Below are positions 53,742 to 63,058 of a DNA stretch of 64,000 nt, one piece after another. The DNA is from an uncultured Gemmatimonadales bacterium. GTDB taxonomy: Bacteria > Gemmatimonadota > Gemmatimonadetes > Gemmatimonadales > GWC2-71-9. The position numbers were made by a program, and so were the translations under genes. Position 1 is the first letter of the stretch. Each line of letters begins with the position of its first letter. Location: assembly GCA_963739455.1 (NCBI GenBank), contig CAVUAK010000001.1:1792001-1856000 (forward strand). Direction: 5' to 3'. A model generated the notes under the pieces. That model ran no database searches and was not told the DNA's origin. It saw nothing but the letters and a program-made list of their open reading frames with translations.

Positions 53742-54433
53742 CGGACCTCGAGGGACAGGTCGCGGTCGTCACCGGCGCTTCCCGCGGGATCGGCGCCGCC
53801 ACCGCGACAGTGCTCGCGAATGCCGGGGCCCGCGTCGTCCGAATCGCGCGATCCCTCCCGAAGGTCCAGCCTGACCGGTTCATCGACTTCCCCTGCGACC
53901 TCACCGACCTCGCCGCCTGGCAGGCCACCTCGAGGCGAATCCTCGCCGAGGTGGGCGTGCCTTCGATTGTCGTGAGCAACGCCGGCGCGTTCGTCTTGAA
54001 GCTGCTGCACGAGACGTCCCAGGAAGATTTCGACGCGCAGCTGGACATCAACCTCCGTGCCCCGTTTGCCGTGGCGCACGCGTTGCTGCCCGGCATGCGC
54101 GCCGCGGGCCGGGGCACCTTCATTCACGTCGGCAGCGTTGCCGATCACACCGCATACCCCGAGAATGCGGCGTACGCGGCCTCGAAGTACGGGCTGCGTG
54201 GGCTGCACGAGGTGCTGGTCGCCGAGTACCGTGGCACCGGAGTGCGGCTTTCGCTCGTTTCGCCGGGCCCGACCGACACGTCGGTGTGGGACCCGGTCGA
54301 TCCCGATCACCAGCCGCACCTGCCCAATCGGGCCAGCATGCTTCGACCCGCCGATGTCGCCGAGGCGGTACTGTTCCTCGCGACCCGCCCCGCGCACGTC
54401 CACGTCGATTGGCTCCGCCTTGGTCCAGTCTAG
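53738..54433 (+). CDS. Short-chain dehydrogenase/reductase (candidate pterin/sepiapterin reductase)
   Basis: [19 protein letters not shown]; coupled to folE. Confidence 0.9.
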   Translation: MTDLEGQVAVVTGASRGIGAATATVLANAGARVVRIARSLPKVQPDRFIDFPCDLTDLAAWQATSRRILAEVGVPSIVVSNAGAFVLKLLHETSQEDFDAQLDINLRAPFAVAHALLPGMRAAGRGTFIHVGSVADHTAYPENAAYAASKYGLRGLHEVLVAEYRGTGVRLSLVSPGPTDTSVWDPVDPDHQPHLPNRASMLRPADVAEAVLFLATRPAHVHVDWLRLGPV

Positions 54434-54459
54434 GACCCGAGGACGTGAGGACGTGAAGA
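54432..54459. repeat. 8-mer array (AGGACGTG type)
   Basis: AGGACCCG AGGACGTG AGGACGTG AAGA, beginning in the SDR stop codon. Confidence 0.7.
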
Positions 54460-54482
54460 AACAACCTTCAAGAGGTCCTGTG

Positions 54483-56036
54483 ATGCCCGCCGTACGCTAT
54501 GCAGCGCTACTGCTGCTGCTATTCCCTGCGCCAGCCATCGCACAGTCCGTCCCGATGCTGCCCGACTCATCCGGCTGGGGGGTCCAGATCCTCACCGATG
54601 TGACAGCGCCCGACGGGTCGCGGTGGGTCGGTACCTACGCCGAGGGAATCTTCGTGCTCAAGCGCGGTGCAAGGGCGTGGGAACGGATCCGCTCCGATAC
54701 GACTGACACCTCCATCTCCATGGACTTCATCAACGCCATTGCGTTCGGCCCACGGGGGGAGGTGTGGTATGGCACGGTGGGGAACGGCTGGGGGCTGTCG
54801 ACCGACGGCGGCAGGACCTGGCGCAACTGGACCATCAAGCAACTGGGACCGGAGTGGCAGTACGTCACCCCCGAGGGCATCAGCACCAAGGGTGATACCA
54901 CCGTGATCGGAACTGCCGATGGCCTGCAGATTACCACTGACAACGGCGAGCACTGGACGGCGATCATCGACGGCACCGGCCCCGCAGCCCGTGGCCCCGC
55001 CGATGCCGCGTTCGTCCTGCTCGACGACGAATACGTGCTCGCGCTCTCGGCGGTGAAGGGCGGGTGGCACGTGCAGACGCTGACCGGCACCATGATGCTG
55101 GCTGCATCCGGTGGGAAATGGCGCCGCGGTGGCGCGGCGGATGCCGGCGCCTCTGCGCGGGTAGCCACGGTCGTGAAGGGCAAGCCGTTGTCGTGCAGTT
55201 TCGCGGCGGGTGCGTCGCAGTGCACCCGGATGGTCGGCCCCGCGCCGGCTGCCGCTCCGCCGGCTGCGCCTCGCACGACATGGTTTGGCCGACCGATTGC
55301 ACCTCCCGCCAACGACAACATCGACCAGACCTACCGCTACGGCAGCACCATGGGTGGCTTCTTCCAGCCGCATCAGGGGGTTGAGTTCAACAATCCCGAC
55401 GGCACCCCCGTGCTGGCGATCGGCGACGGGGTGGTGGTCTACTCCGGGCCGGCGGAGGCGGGCGCGCTGACCGTGTCGATCCTGCACGATCGGAAGCTTC
55501 CCGTGAACGGCGACACGCTGCTCATCTTCTCCGTCTACTACCACAACAGCGGGCTGGACGTGAAAGTGGGCGACCGCGTCAAGGCTGGGCAGCCGATCTC
55601 ACGCGTGGGGAATACCGGGCGAGCCACCAATGATCACCTGCATCTCGAGGTGCATGCGGCGCCTGATACGGTCATCAAGACCATCGTCGACTCGCTGAAC
55701 CGGTACCCCAGCTACACCACCAACCCGGAGCTCTGGATCCAGCCACTGCCGGGCACCGGCATCGTCGCCGGCGTCGTGCGCGATGCCTCGGGCGCCAGGG
55801 TGAAGCAGGCGCGCGTGTATGGCATCGTGAAGCCGACGCCGCGCGAGACGCCCTACGCCTACGCCGAGACGTACGGCGACAAGAACCATCCCAATCCGCT
55901 CTATGGGGAGGATTTTGCCGTGGGCGATGTTCCGCCGGGGGAGTACCTCATGGGCGTGGATATCGATGGCAAGCCGGTGCGGCGACGCGTCAAGGTCGAG
56001 GCCGGCAAGATGACGTGGGTAGAGTTCCACCCATAG
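54483..56036 (+). CDS. Secreted M23 family peptidase with N-terminal propeller/BNR-like and C-terminal Ig-like domains
   Basis: Signal peptide, STDGGRTW and TTDNGEHW Asp-boxes, HQGVEF, GTPVLA, VGNTG, HLHLE. Confidence 0.85.
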   Translation: MPAVRYAALLLLLFPAPAIAQSVPMLPDSSGWGVQILTDVTAPDGSRWVGTYAEGIFVLKRGARAWERIRSDTTDTSISMDFINAIAFGPRGEVWYGTVGNGWGLSTDGGRTWRNWTIKQLGPEWQYVTPEGISTKGDTTVIGTADGLQITTDNGEHWTAIIDGTGPAARGPADAAFVLLDDEYVLALSAVKGGWHVQTLTGTMMLAASGGKWRRGGAADAGASARVATVVKGKPLSCSFAAGASQCTRMVGPAPAAAPPAAPRTTWFGRPIAPPANDNIDQTYRYGSTMGGFFQPHQGVEFNNPDGTPVLAIGDGVVVYSGPAEAGALTVSILHDRKLPVNGDTLLIFSVYYHNSGLDVKVGDRVKAGQPISRVGNTGRATNDHLHLEVHAAPDTVIKTIVDSLNRYPSYTTNPELWIQPLPGTGIVAGVVRDASGARVKQARVYGIVKPTPRETPYAYAETYGDKNHPNPLYGEDFAVGDVPPGEYLMGVDIDGKPVRRRVKVEAGKMTWVEFHP

Positions 56037-56635
56037 TGTTCATCGAACTCACGGACCACCTTCGCTGTCCTGAGGATCACGAGGAAGCCTACCTCGTGCT
56101 CCTGCCCGACTCTGTCGTGCAGCGCTCGGTGCAGGCCGGCGAGCTCGGCTGCCCCATTTGCCACCGTACTTTCTACGTCAAGGACGGCGTTCTCGATGTC
56201 GGCGACGCGCCGCCGCCAGACGAAGCGGAGCCATCGCTGGATGGTGGCTCCGTTGCGGCGCTGACCGGCCTTGGTGGTCCCGGCGGTTACCTGGTGCTGG
56301 TGGGCCCCATCGCGGGGCGCTGGCGGGAGGTCGAAGCGGTGCTGAACGGCGTGTCGACCGTCGCAGTCAACGGTCCGGCGTCGCTGGCGGATGCCCGGGG
56401 CCTGAGCGTCCTGCGCAGTGCCCGGCTGCCACTTAAGACGGCATCGATGCGGGGTGTGGTCCTGAGTGGCACCTTCGGGAGCGACGCGGCCTGGATTCGT
56501 GAGGCAGCCCGGGTACTGCTGCCAGGCTTGCGCGTGGTTGGCGAGGGACCGGACCCCGATCCCGCATTGCTCGACATGATCGCAAGTGCAGGCGGGTGGT
56601 GGGTGGCGACCGGCCGGAAAACCCTGGCGCCCTAG
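56036..56635 (+). CDS. Trm112-like zinc ribbon fused to a degenerate methyltransferase-like domain
   Basis: LRCPEDH...GELGCPICHRTFYVKDGV; LPLKTASMRGVVL and EAARVLLPG. Confidence 0.6.
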   Translation: MFIELTDHLRCPEDHEEAYLVLLPDSVVQRSVQAGELGCPICHRTFYVKDGVLDVGDAPPPDEAEPSLDGGSVAALTGLGGPGGYLVLVGPIAGRWREVEAVLNGVSTVAVNGPASLADARGLSVLRSARLPLKTASMRGVVLSGTFGSDAAWIREAARVLLPGLRVVGEGPDPDPALLDMIASAGGWWVATGRKTLAP

Positions 56636-58464
56636 TTCGCGCCTGGCCCCTCGAGGTACGCGGCCTCGATGCGGTCCCGATATCGCTGCTCCACGATGCG
56701 CCGACGCACCTTGAGCGTTGGGGTCAGCTCGCCCGCCTCGATACTGAAGTCTTCCTTTACCAGCACAAACCGCTTCGGCACCTCGTAGCGCGCCAGGTCA
56801 CGCAGCATGCGCTTCACCTCGCGCTCGATTTTCTCGTGCGTCTCGGACCTGGCCAGGAGCGCATCGTCGTCGATGAAGGCGTACTCATGCCGCTTCGCCC
56901 ATTCTCGCAGCAGGGGCAGGTTCGGCACCACCAGCATGATGGGGTAGGCGCGCCGATCACCCAGCATCACCGCGTTGAGCACCCACTTGCTGGTGCGCAC
57001 GACGTTCTCGATGGGCTGGGGGGCAATGTTCTTGCCGCCGGCGGTGACGATGAGGTCCTTCTTCCGGTCGGTGATGCGCAGGAAACCGTCTGCGTCGATC
57101 TCGCCGATGTCGCCGGTGTGGAACCAGCCGTCCGGCTCGAGTACCTCGCGCGTGGCGTCGGGCTTGTTGAAGTAGCCCATCATGACGTTGGGGCCTCGGG
57201 TCATGATCTCGCCATCGGGCGCGATCTTCACCTCATTGCCCGGCAGGGGCTTGCCTACGCTGCCGAGGCGCAGGTCCTTGAAGGTATTGACCGAGATGAC
57301 CGGTGAGGTCTCCGTCAGTCCGTACCCCTCGAGGATCGGCAGTTTCGCCGCGAGGAAGAAGCGTGCGATGTCCGCATTGAGCGGCGCACCGCCCGACACG
57401 AAGAAGCGAAGCCGGTTGCCGGTGCGGTCGCGCAGCTTCCGGAACACCAGGCGGTCAGCCACGCCCCGCTGGGCCGCCAGTGCGAGGGGCACCTGCTTCC
57501 CCGCCAGGGTCAGGTCGACACACGTTTCGCCAACGCGCTTGGCCCACCGGAAGATCTGCCGCTTCGCCGCCGAGCCCGCCATCGCGTTCTCCTGGACCCG
57601 GGCATAGATCTTCTCGTACAGGCGCGGCACCGAGCACATGATAGTCGGGCGGATCTCGCCCATGTCTGCCGACACGGTATCAATGCTGCCGGCATAGTTG
57701 ATGATGGCGCCGGCGTGCAGCATCAGGTAGTGCCCCGCCATGCGCTCGAAGATGTGCGACAACGGCAGGAAGGACAGGCACTCCTGCTGCCCCGGATCCT
57801 CCTGGATGGGAATGCGCTGCAGCCCGGCGAGCACGTTCGACGTGATGTTCCCGTGGGTCAGCATCACCCCCTTGGGGTCCCCGGTGGTGCCCGACGTGTA
57901 GATGATCGTGGCGAGGTCGCCCGGCCGGGCCATCAGCGACTCGGCGTCCCAGCCTTCCACCGGCAGGGCGCGGCCAAGCGCCTCCAGGTCACTGAACGAG
58001 AGCACATCCGGCCCATGTGCTGAGCCCTCGAATGCCACCACATGACGGAGGGCGGGCAGCGCTGAGCGCACTTCGAGCACCTTGTCGAGCATCGCCTGCG
58101 AGGACGCGAACGCCGCGACGGCGCCGGAGTCGCGCAGGATGTACTCGACCTGTGTCGCCGGAAGGGTGGGGTAGATGGGCACATCGGCGGCGCCCAGGGC
58201 GAGCACTGCGTAGTCCACGAGCGCCCACTCGGGGCAGTTCTCGGAGAGGATGGCGACGCGGTCACCCTTCCGGATCCCAAGGTTCGCGAGGGCCAGGCTG
58301 ACGGCGCGGGTGCGATCGTGCAATTGCTGGAAGGAAATCGGTGTCCACTGGCCGCCGGCTGGCTTCCAGCGCATGGCGACGGCACGCTCCCGGTAGCGCG
58401 CGATGGCGCCGAGGAAGAGTTCGTTGAGCGTACTGGGCGACGTGGGTGACGGGGCGGTGGTCAC
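56632..58464 (-). CDS. fadD: Long-chain fatty acid-CoA ligase
   Basis: YTSGTTGDPKG, EGYGLTE, FHTGD, ITDRKKD, ELTPTLK. Confidence 0.93.
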   Translation of the reverse strand: MTTAPSPTSPSTLNELFLGAIARYRERAVAMRWKPAGGQWTPISFQQLHDRTRAVSLALANLGIRKGDRVAILSENCPEWALVDYAVLALGAADVPIYPTLPATQVEYILRDSGAVAAFASSQAMLDKVLEVRSALPALRHVVAFEGSAHGPDVLSFSDLEALGRALPVEGWDAESLMARPGDLATIIYTSGTTGDPKGVMLTHGNITSNVLAGLQRIPIQEDPGQQECLSFLPLSHIFERMAGHYLMLHAGAIINYAGSIDTVSADMGEIRPTIMCSVPRLYEKIYARVQENAMAGSAAKRQIFRWAKRVGETCVDLTLAGKQVPLALAAQRGVADRLVFRKLRDRTGNRLRFFVSGGAPLNADIARFFLAAKLPILEGYGLTETSPVISVNTFKDLRLGSVGKPLPGNEVKIAPDGEIMTRGPNVMMGYFNKPDATREVLEPDGWFHTGDIGEIDADGFLRITDRKKDLIVTAGGKNIAPQPIENVVRTSKWVLNAVMLGDRRAYPIMLVVPNLPLLREWAKRHEYAFIDDDALLARSETHEKIEREVKRMLRDLARYEVPKRFVLVKEDFSIEAGELTPTLKVRRRIVEQRYRDRIEAAYLEGPGAN

Positions 58465-58479
58465 GCCGATGTCCTCCCG

Positions 58480-59187
58480 CTATTCGAAGAGAACCAGGAA
58501 CTTCTGGCCCGAGCCAGGAACTGGCGCACCTGAGGCTTGCGTCGCGGTCACCTCGATCAGGACGGAATCGGGTGCGGTGCGGCCGATGACCCGGGAAACG
58601 GTGATTCCATTTGGCGTGCCGTCGGCGGTCGTCAACACCGAGTCGACCAGGCGCAGGTTCGGCAGGGCCACGTTCTGAAGCCCGGTGGTATCGGCGAAGG
58701 TCGGCTTCACGATGGTAAAGATGAGGCGCCGCGCGGTCACCGGCCCGGCGGGATTGTCCGACGCCAGCACCGGGAGCAGGGCCAGGCTTGAAGGCTCACC
58801 ACTGGCCACGGTCTGTATGGAGTCGGCGGGCAGGATGATCGTGTCCGGCCGCGCCAGGATGGTGAGCGTGAAGAACCCGGTGGTGAGCGAGCCAAGCTTG
58901 GCCTGCAGCCGGCCCACACTGTTCGGCTTCACGCCCGTGACCAGCCCGGTTGCCGGATCGATGATATTGATCGTCGAGTCGTCAGGCGTCAGCCACACGA
59001 CTGGTGCAGCGACGCTGTCACCCGCCTGGTTGAGCGGAATCGCGATGTACTGTGTCGTGTCGCCGAAGTCGATAATGGGAGGCTGCGGCGCAATTACCTG
59101 GATCTCGATGACACCGTCGGCGAGTTCCCCGGCATTGCTGCAGGAGACCAGGCCAAGCACAAGCGCGACACGCGCGACACCCTTCAC
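58480..59187 (-). CDS. Lipoprotein with Ig-like domain(s)
   Basis: LVSC lipobox; VVWLTPD...IDPATGLVTGV resembles Big_2. Confidence 0.7.
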   Translation of the reverse strand: MKGVARVALVLGLVSCSNAGELADGVIEIQVIAPQPPIIDFGDTTQYIAIPLNQAGDSVAAPVVWLTPDDSTINIIDPATGLVTGVKPNSVGRLQAKLGSLTTGFFTLTILARPDTIILPADSIQTVASGEPSSLALLPVLASDNPAGPVTARRLIFTIVKPTFADTTGLQNVALPNLRLVDSVLTTADGTPNGITVSRVIGRTAPDSVLIEVTATQASGAPVPGSGQKFLVLFE

Positions 59188-59615
59188 CGCGACTCCGGCT
59201 GGGCCGTCAGCTGGCGCAACGCCTCCTCGGCATGCTGCACCCAGCGCTCCGCATCGGTGCCCTTGGGCGGCCGGGCCAGGAACTCCCGCAGGTGCACTGA
59301 CGCCGCCTCGGTCTCGCCGCGCTTGAGCAGCAGGAACGCGAGCCCGTAGTGCGCGCCAACCAGTGACGGGTCCACCTCGAGCGCGCGGCGGTAGAGGCGG
59401 ATGGCCTCCTCCTGCTGCGCCGTCTTGGTGAACGCGATCGCCATGTTGAGCATGATGCGGGCGTCGTTCGGGTTGTCGCGATGCGCCAGCCGGTACGAGG
59501 TCAGGGCTGCCTCGTAGTCTCCCTGACGCTCGAGGGCCAGGGCCTCATTCAGGTAATCCAGCCGTTGCGGGCTGACGTTGTCCTTGCCCCCGAAAAGTCG
59601 TCGCCAGATGCTCAT
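59184..59615 (-). CDS. Tetratricopeptide repeat protein
   Basis: GDYEAAL...NPND, EAIRLYRRALEVDP, AHYGLA. Confidence 0.9.
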   Translation of the reverse strand: MSIWRRLFGGKDNVSPQRLDYLNEALALERQGDYEAALTSYRLAHRDNPNDARIMLNMAIAFTKTAQQEEAIRLYRRALEVDPSLVGAHYGLAFLLLKRGETEAASVHLREFLARPPKGTDAERWVQHAEEALRQLTAQPESR

Positions 59616-59781
59616 GAATGAAGGGCGTTTTCCGGGTGTAAGTGAAAGACTGGCCTGCGCGTGGCTACGTCAGATAGTATTGTAGTCCGTGGGCGCAGAG
59701 CACCGCAACGCAGTCGCTCGCCCGAGCCGGTTCCCGGCGCCCGTATCTGCTGCTCCAACTCACCCTTCCGCGGGAGCTCTT

Positions 59782-60288
59782 ATGCGTCGGCCACCGCCGT
59801 CGGGCCCACGTGGCACCCTCGTGGTGGACTGGGCCTTCTTCGGCGAGATCAGCCGGGCCCTGGCGCTGCACGTGGCCCGCGAATACCAGCCGGAGGTGGT
59901 GTTGGGTATCGCCAAGGCCGGCGTCATTCCCGGCGCCGTGGTCGCGTCGATCCTGCAATGCGACTTCGCCTCCATGATCGTGACCCGCCAGGAGGCAGGG
60001 GGCGACCCCATCCTCGTTTCCGGTCCGCCCGCCTCCATTCGCGGCCGGCGCGTCCTGATCGTTGACGAAACCTGTGATACCGGACACACCATGCGGCTCG
60101 CGCTGAGTGAGGTCCGCGCGCTCCGCCCCGCCGAAGTCCACACCGCCGTCTCGTTCAAGACGGGCCCATACGCGCCGGACTACCATGCCTTCGAAACCGA
60201 GAACTTCATCATCCTGCCCTGGGACCGCGAAATCGTGCAGAATGGCGAACTCGTAGTCCGCCCCGACTACGCCGCCCGCCTGGGCTGA
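59782..60288 (+). CDS. Type I phosphoribosyltransferase
   Basis: GIAKAG, VLIVDETCDTGHT (PRPP loop), IILPWD. Confidence 0.88.
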   Translation: MRRPPPSGPRGTLVVDWAFFGEISRALALHVAREYQPEVVLGIAKAGVIPGAVVASILQCDFASMIVTRQEAGGDPILVSGPPASIRGRRVLIVDETCDTGHTMRLALSEVRALRPAEVHTAVSFKTGPYAPDYHAFETENFIILPWDREIVQNGELVVRPDYAARLG

Positions 60289-60298
60289 TCACACCGAC

Positions 60299-61675
60299 GT
60301 GCTCGAACGACTTCTCGACGCGATCAAGAGCTCCCGCGCCGACTACGCCGACATCCGCCTGGAACGCTCGTCGATCACGAGCGTTGCCTGGCGGGGGCGT
60401 CGGCTCGAGGGGGCAAGCACCGGCACGGACGTGGGTGGCACGATTCGCTGCCTCAACCACGGTCACGGCTGGGGAATCGCGAGCTTCAATCGGCTTGACG
60501 ATCTCGAGGCTCGCCTGGCGCGCGCCCACGAGCTGTCGCTCGCGGTCCGGCCACCCCATGCGGTCGAGCTCGCGGCGGCGCCGGTGCGCGAAGGTCACGT
60601 CCGGCCAGCCCTCGCCGATGATCCGCGGGACATTCCCCTCCTCGAGAAGCGCCGGTACCTGGAGCACCTCAATGCCGAGATGCTGCGTCTTGATCGGCGC
60701 ATCGTCGACACGCAGTCGGCCTACCGCGACGAGGTGACCGAGTGCTGGTTCGTGAACTCCGATGGTACGGCGTTGCACGAGCTTCGCCCCGACGTGACCC
60801 TGTCGGCGCTCGCGGTGGCGCGCGACGGTGGTGTCCTGGAGCGGGCCGTGGAGTCGCTGGGAGCACGCGGTGGCTGGACCAGGGTGCGTGACCAGGAAGA
60901 GCTCTTCCGCGCGGCGGCACGGCGTGCCGTGGGGCTGCTCGATGCCAAGCCGGTGCGGAGCGGGAGCTATCCCGTCGTGCTCGACCCCCGGCTCGCGGGG
61001 GTGGTGGCGCACGAGACTGTCGGTCACCTCTGCGAGGCGGACACCCAGCTCGAGGATCCGGTAGCTGCCGAGCTCGCCGCCCCCGGACGGCAGCTGGGCA
61101 GTGAACTGCTGACCATCGGGGATGACGGCAGCGTCGCGGGACTCCGCGGCACGCTGCCGTTCGACGACGAGGGCACCCCATCCAGCAACACGCTCCTCGT
61201 GCAGCATGGCGTGGTGGTTGGTCGCCTGCACTCGCGCGAGACGGCGGCGCGATTTGGTGAGCGCCCCACCGGGAACGCCCGCGCCCTGTCGTTCCGTCAT
61301 GTACCGCTCGTGCGGCTCACCAATACGTATGTCGCCAACGGCACGGGCACCTTTGCGGACCTGATCCGCGACGTGAAGCTTGGCGTCTACGCTTGTGATG
61401 CCGTTGGCAGCCGGCATCGCGGCGACAGCTTTTCATTCACGGCAGGGCATGGGTACATGATCCGTGACGGCGCGCTGGCCGAGCCGGTGAAGGGTGTCGT
61501 GCTGGCCGGGTTCGTGACGGAAATCCTCGGCGCCGTGGACCGTGTGGCGGGCGACTTCCGCTGGCACGAGTCGGGTGGCGGATGCGGTAAGGGTGGCCAG
61601 TCACCTCTGCCGGTGTCTGAGGGCGCCCCGCATGTCCGGTTGCGCACTGCCGAGGTGCGGGGGCAGGCGCCGTGA
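60299..61675 (+). CDS. tldD: TldD metalloprotease subunit
   Basis: YADIRLE, HETVGH, FDDEG, TGNAR, RLTNT, GCGKGGQ. Confidence 0.92.
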   Translation: MLERLLDAIKSSRADYADIRLERSSITSVAWRGRRLEGASTGTDVGGTIRCLNHGHGWGIASFNRLDDLEARLARAHELSLAVRPPHAVELAAAPVREGHVRPALADDPRDIPLLEKRRYLEHLNAEMLRLDRRIVDTQSAYRDEVTECWFVNSDGTALHELRPDVTLSALAVARDGGVLERAVESLGARGGWTRVRDQEELFRAAARRAVGLLDAKPVRSGSYPVVLDPRLAGVVAHETVGHLCEADTQLEDPVAAELAAPGRQLGSELLTIGDDGSVAGLRGTLPFDDEGTPSSNTLLVQHGVVVGRLHSRETAARFGERPTGNARALSFRHVPLVRLTNTYVANGTGTFADLIRDVKLGVYACDAVGSRHRGDSFSFTAGHGYMIRDGALAEPVKGVVLAGFVTEILGAVDRVAGDFRWHESGGGCGKGGQSPLPVSEGAPHVRLRTAEVRGQAP

Positions 61676-62967
61676 TCACCCGGCTGCTCGAGGCCGCGCG
61701 AGCGCGGGCGCAAATGGCCGACGCGGTCGCCAAGACCGACGAGACGCTCACGCTGCGCCTGCGTGACGGCGAGGTCGTTGCCGCACACACCTCAGAGCAG
61801 GCCGGTCACAACCTTCGGGTCGTGGTGGATGGACGGATTGGCGTCGCGGGAAGCTCGGAGCGGGAGCCGGAGGCATTGCTCGAGGCCGCGATCTCGTCCG
61901 CCGCAGCGGGTGACGCCGCGCCACTGCTCCTGCCCAGTCCGTCACCGCTTCCGCGTGTGCACACTTACGTCCCCAGGGCCGCCGCCGCCACCGCGGCAGA
62001 GCTGGGACAATTGGGCGGCCTCCTGACCCAGCGGCTGCGTCATGCTGGCCGGAGCGTCACGGTCCACGTGGAACGATCGGTGGGGTCGGTGCAGGTCGGG
62101 AACACCCGCGGGGTGGACGCCGAGTATCAGGTTACCCTGCTGGCGCTCGACATCGATGTGGTGGGACCGTCTCAGGATGACAGCGTGCACGTGGTCGCGC
62201 ACCTGGCCGGTGCGGACCTTCCCGATGATGCTGCGATCGAGGCGCTCGTCACCGATTTCGAGCAGAGGCTGGAGTGGGCCTCGGCCTCGGCCCCGGCCCC
62301 CGCGACGACGGCGCCAGTGCTGCTGCTCCCCGAGGCCGTCCGCGCGCTGCTGGCCCCGGTGCAGCAGGCTCTCGTGGGCAAGGCATTCCTGCTCGGTACC
62401 TCACCCCTTGCGGACAGTCTCGGTGAAAGGGTTCTGCATCCCAGCCTGTTCCTGACGGACGATCCGCTCCGCGATGGCAAGGCGGGCTCGCGCCCGGTGG
62501 ACGACGAGGGTGTCCCCAGCTTCACGGCGTCGCTGATCGAGGCCGGTGTAATCCGCCGCTGCATCTACGACCTCGAAACGGGCGCGCTCGCCGGGCGTCC
62601 CTCCACCGGCCACGGCCGCCGTTCCACGTTCGGCAAGGCGCAGCCTGCCTTCTCCAACTTCGTGCTGCACGCCGGCGAGGATGACCTTGCGTCCCTCCTC
62701 ACGAAAATGGGCGACGGACTGCTGGTGGACGCAGTCGCGGGGGGCACCGGTGGCAGTTCCCGCTCCGGCACGTTCACCCATCCGGTCGTGCTCGGATACC
62801 GGGTGCAGGGCGGGGAAGTGACTGGGCGCGTCGAGGGAGTCGTCATTGCCGGGAACGTGTTTGATGCCCTTGGGGCCATCGAGGGTATCGGCCGCGATGC
62901 ACGCTGGATCGGGAGCTCACTCCTGCCGCCGCTTCTCCTCCAGGGAGTGACCGTCGCCCCACGCTGA
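61672..62967 (+). CDS. pmbA: PmbA/TldE subunit
   Basis: DDP...SRPVDDEGV, STGHG, IAGNVFDAL; lacks HExxxH; coupled to tldD. Confidence 0.88.
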   Translation: MITRLLEAARARAQMADAVAKTDETLTLRLRDGEVVAAHTSEQAGHNLRVVVDGRIGVAGSSEREPEALLEAAISSAAAGDAAPLLLPSPSPLPRVHTYVPRAAAATAAELGQLGGLLTQRLRHAGRSVTVHVERSVGSVQVGNTRGVDAEYQVTLLALDIDVVGPSQDDSVHVVAHLAGADLPDDAAIEALVTDFEQRLEWASASAPAPATTAPVLLLPEAVRALLAPVQQALVGKAFLLGTSPLADSLGERVLHPSLFLTDDPLRDGKAGSRPVDDEGVPSFTASLIEAGVIRRCIYDLETGALAGRPSTGHGRRSTFGKAQPAFSNFVLHAGEDDLASLLTKMGDGLLVDAVAGGTGGSSRSGTFTHPVVLGYRVQGGEVTGRVEGVVIAGNVFDALGAIEGIGRDARWIGSSLLPPLLLQGVTVAPR

Positions 62968-62997
62968 TTTCCCGTCCGGCACTCCCGGTCCGTCCCG

Positions 62998-63026
62998 TGC
63001 AACCCTTCGCCTCGACCCGCCGTCTA
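62998..63026 (+). promoter_or_regulatory. Putative ECF sigma factor promoter
   Basis: TGCAAC-N17-CGTCTA upstream of GGAGG and ATG 63059. Confidence 0.45.
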
Positions 63027-63058
63027 ACGCCTCGATACCCACAACGGCCGGAGGTCCA

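Noticed and set aside
60299..62967. TldD/PmbA as part of a RiPP cluster
   Set aside because: No precursor peptide, YcaO or other modification genes nearby; looks like the housekeeping pair.
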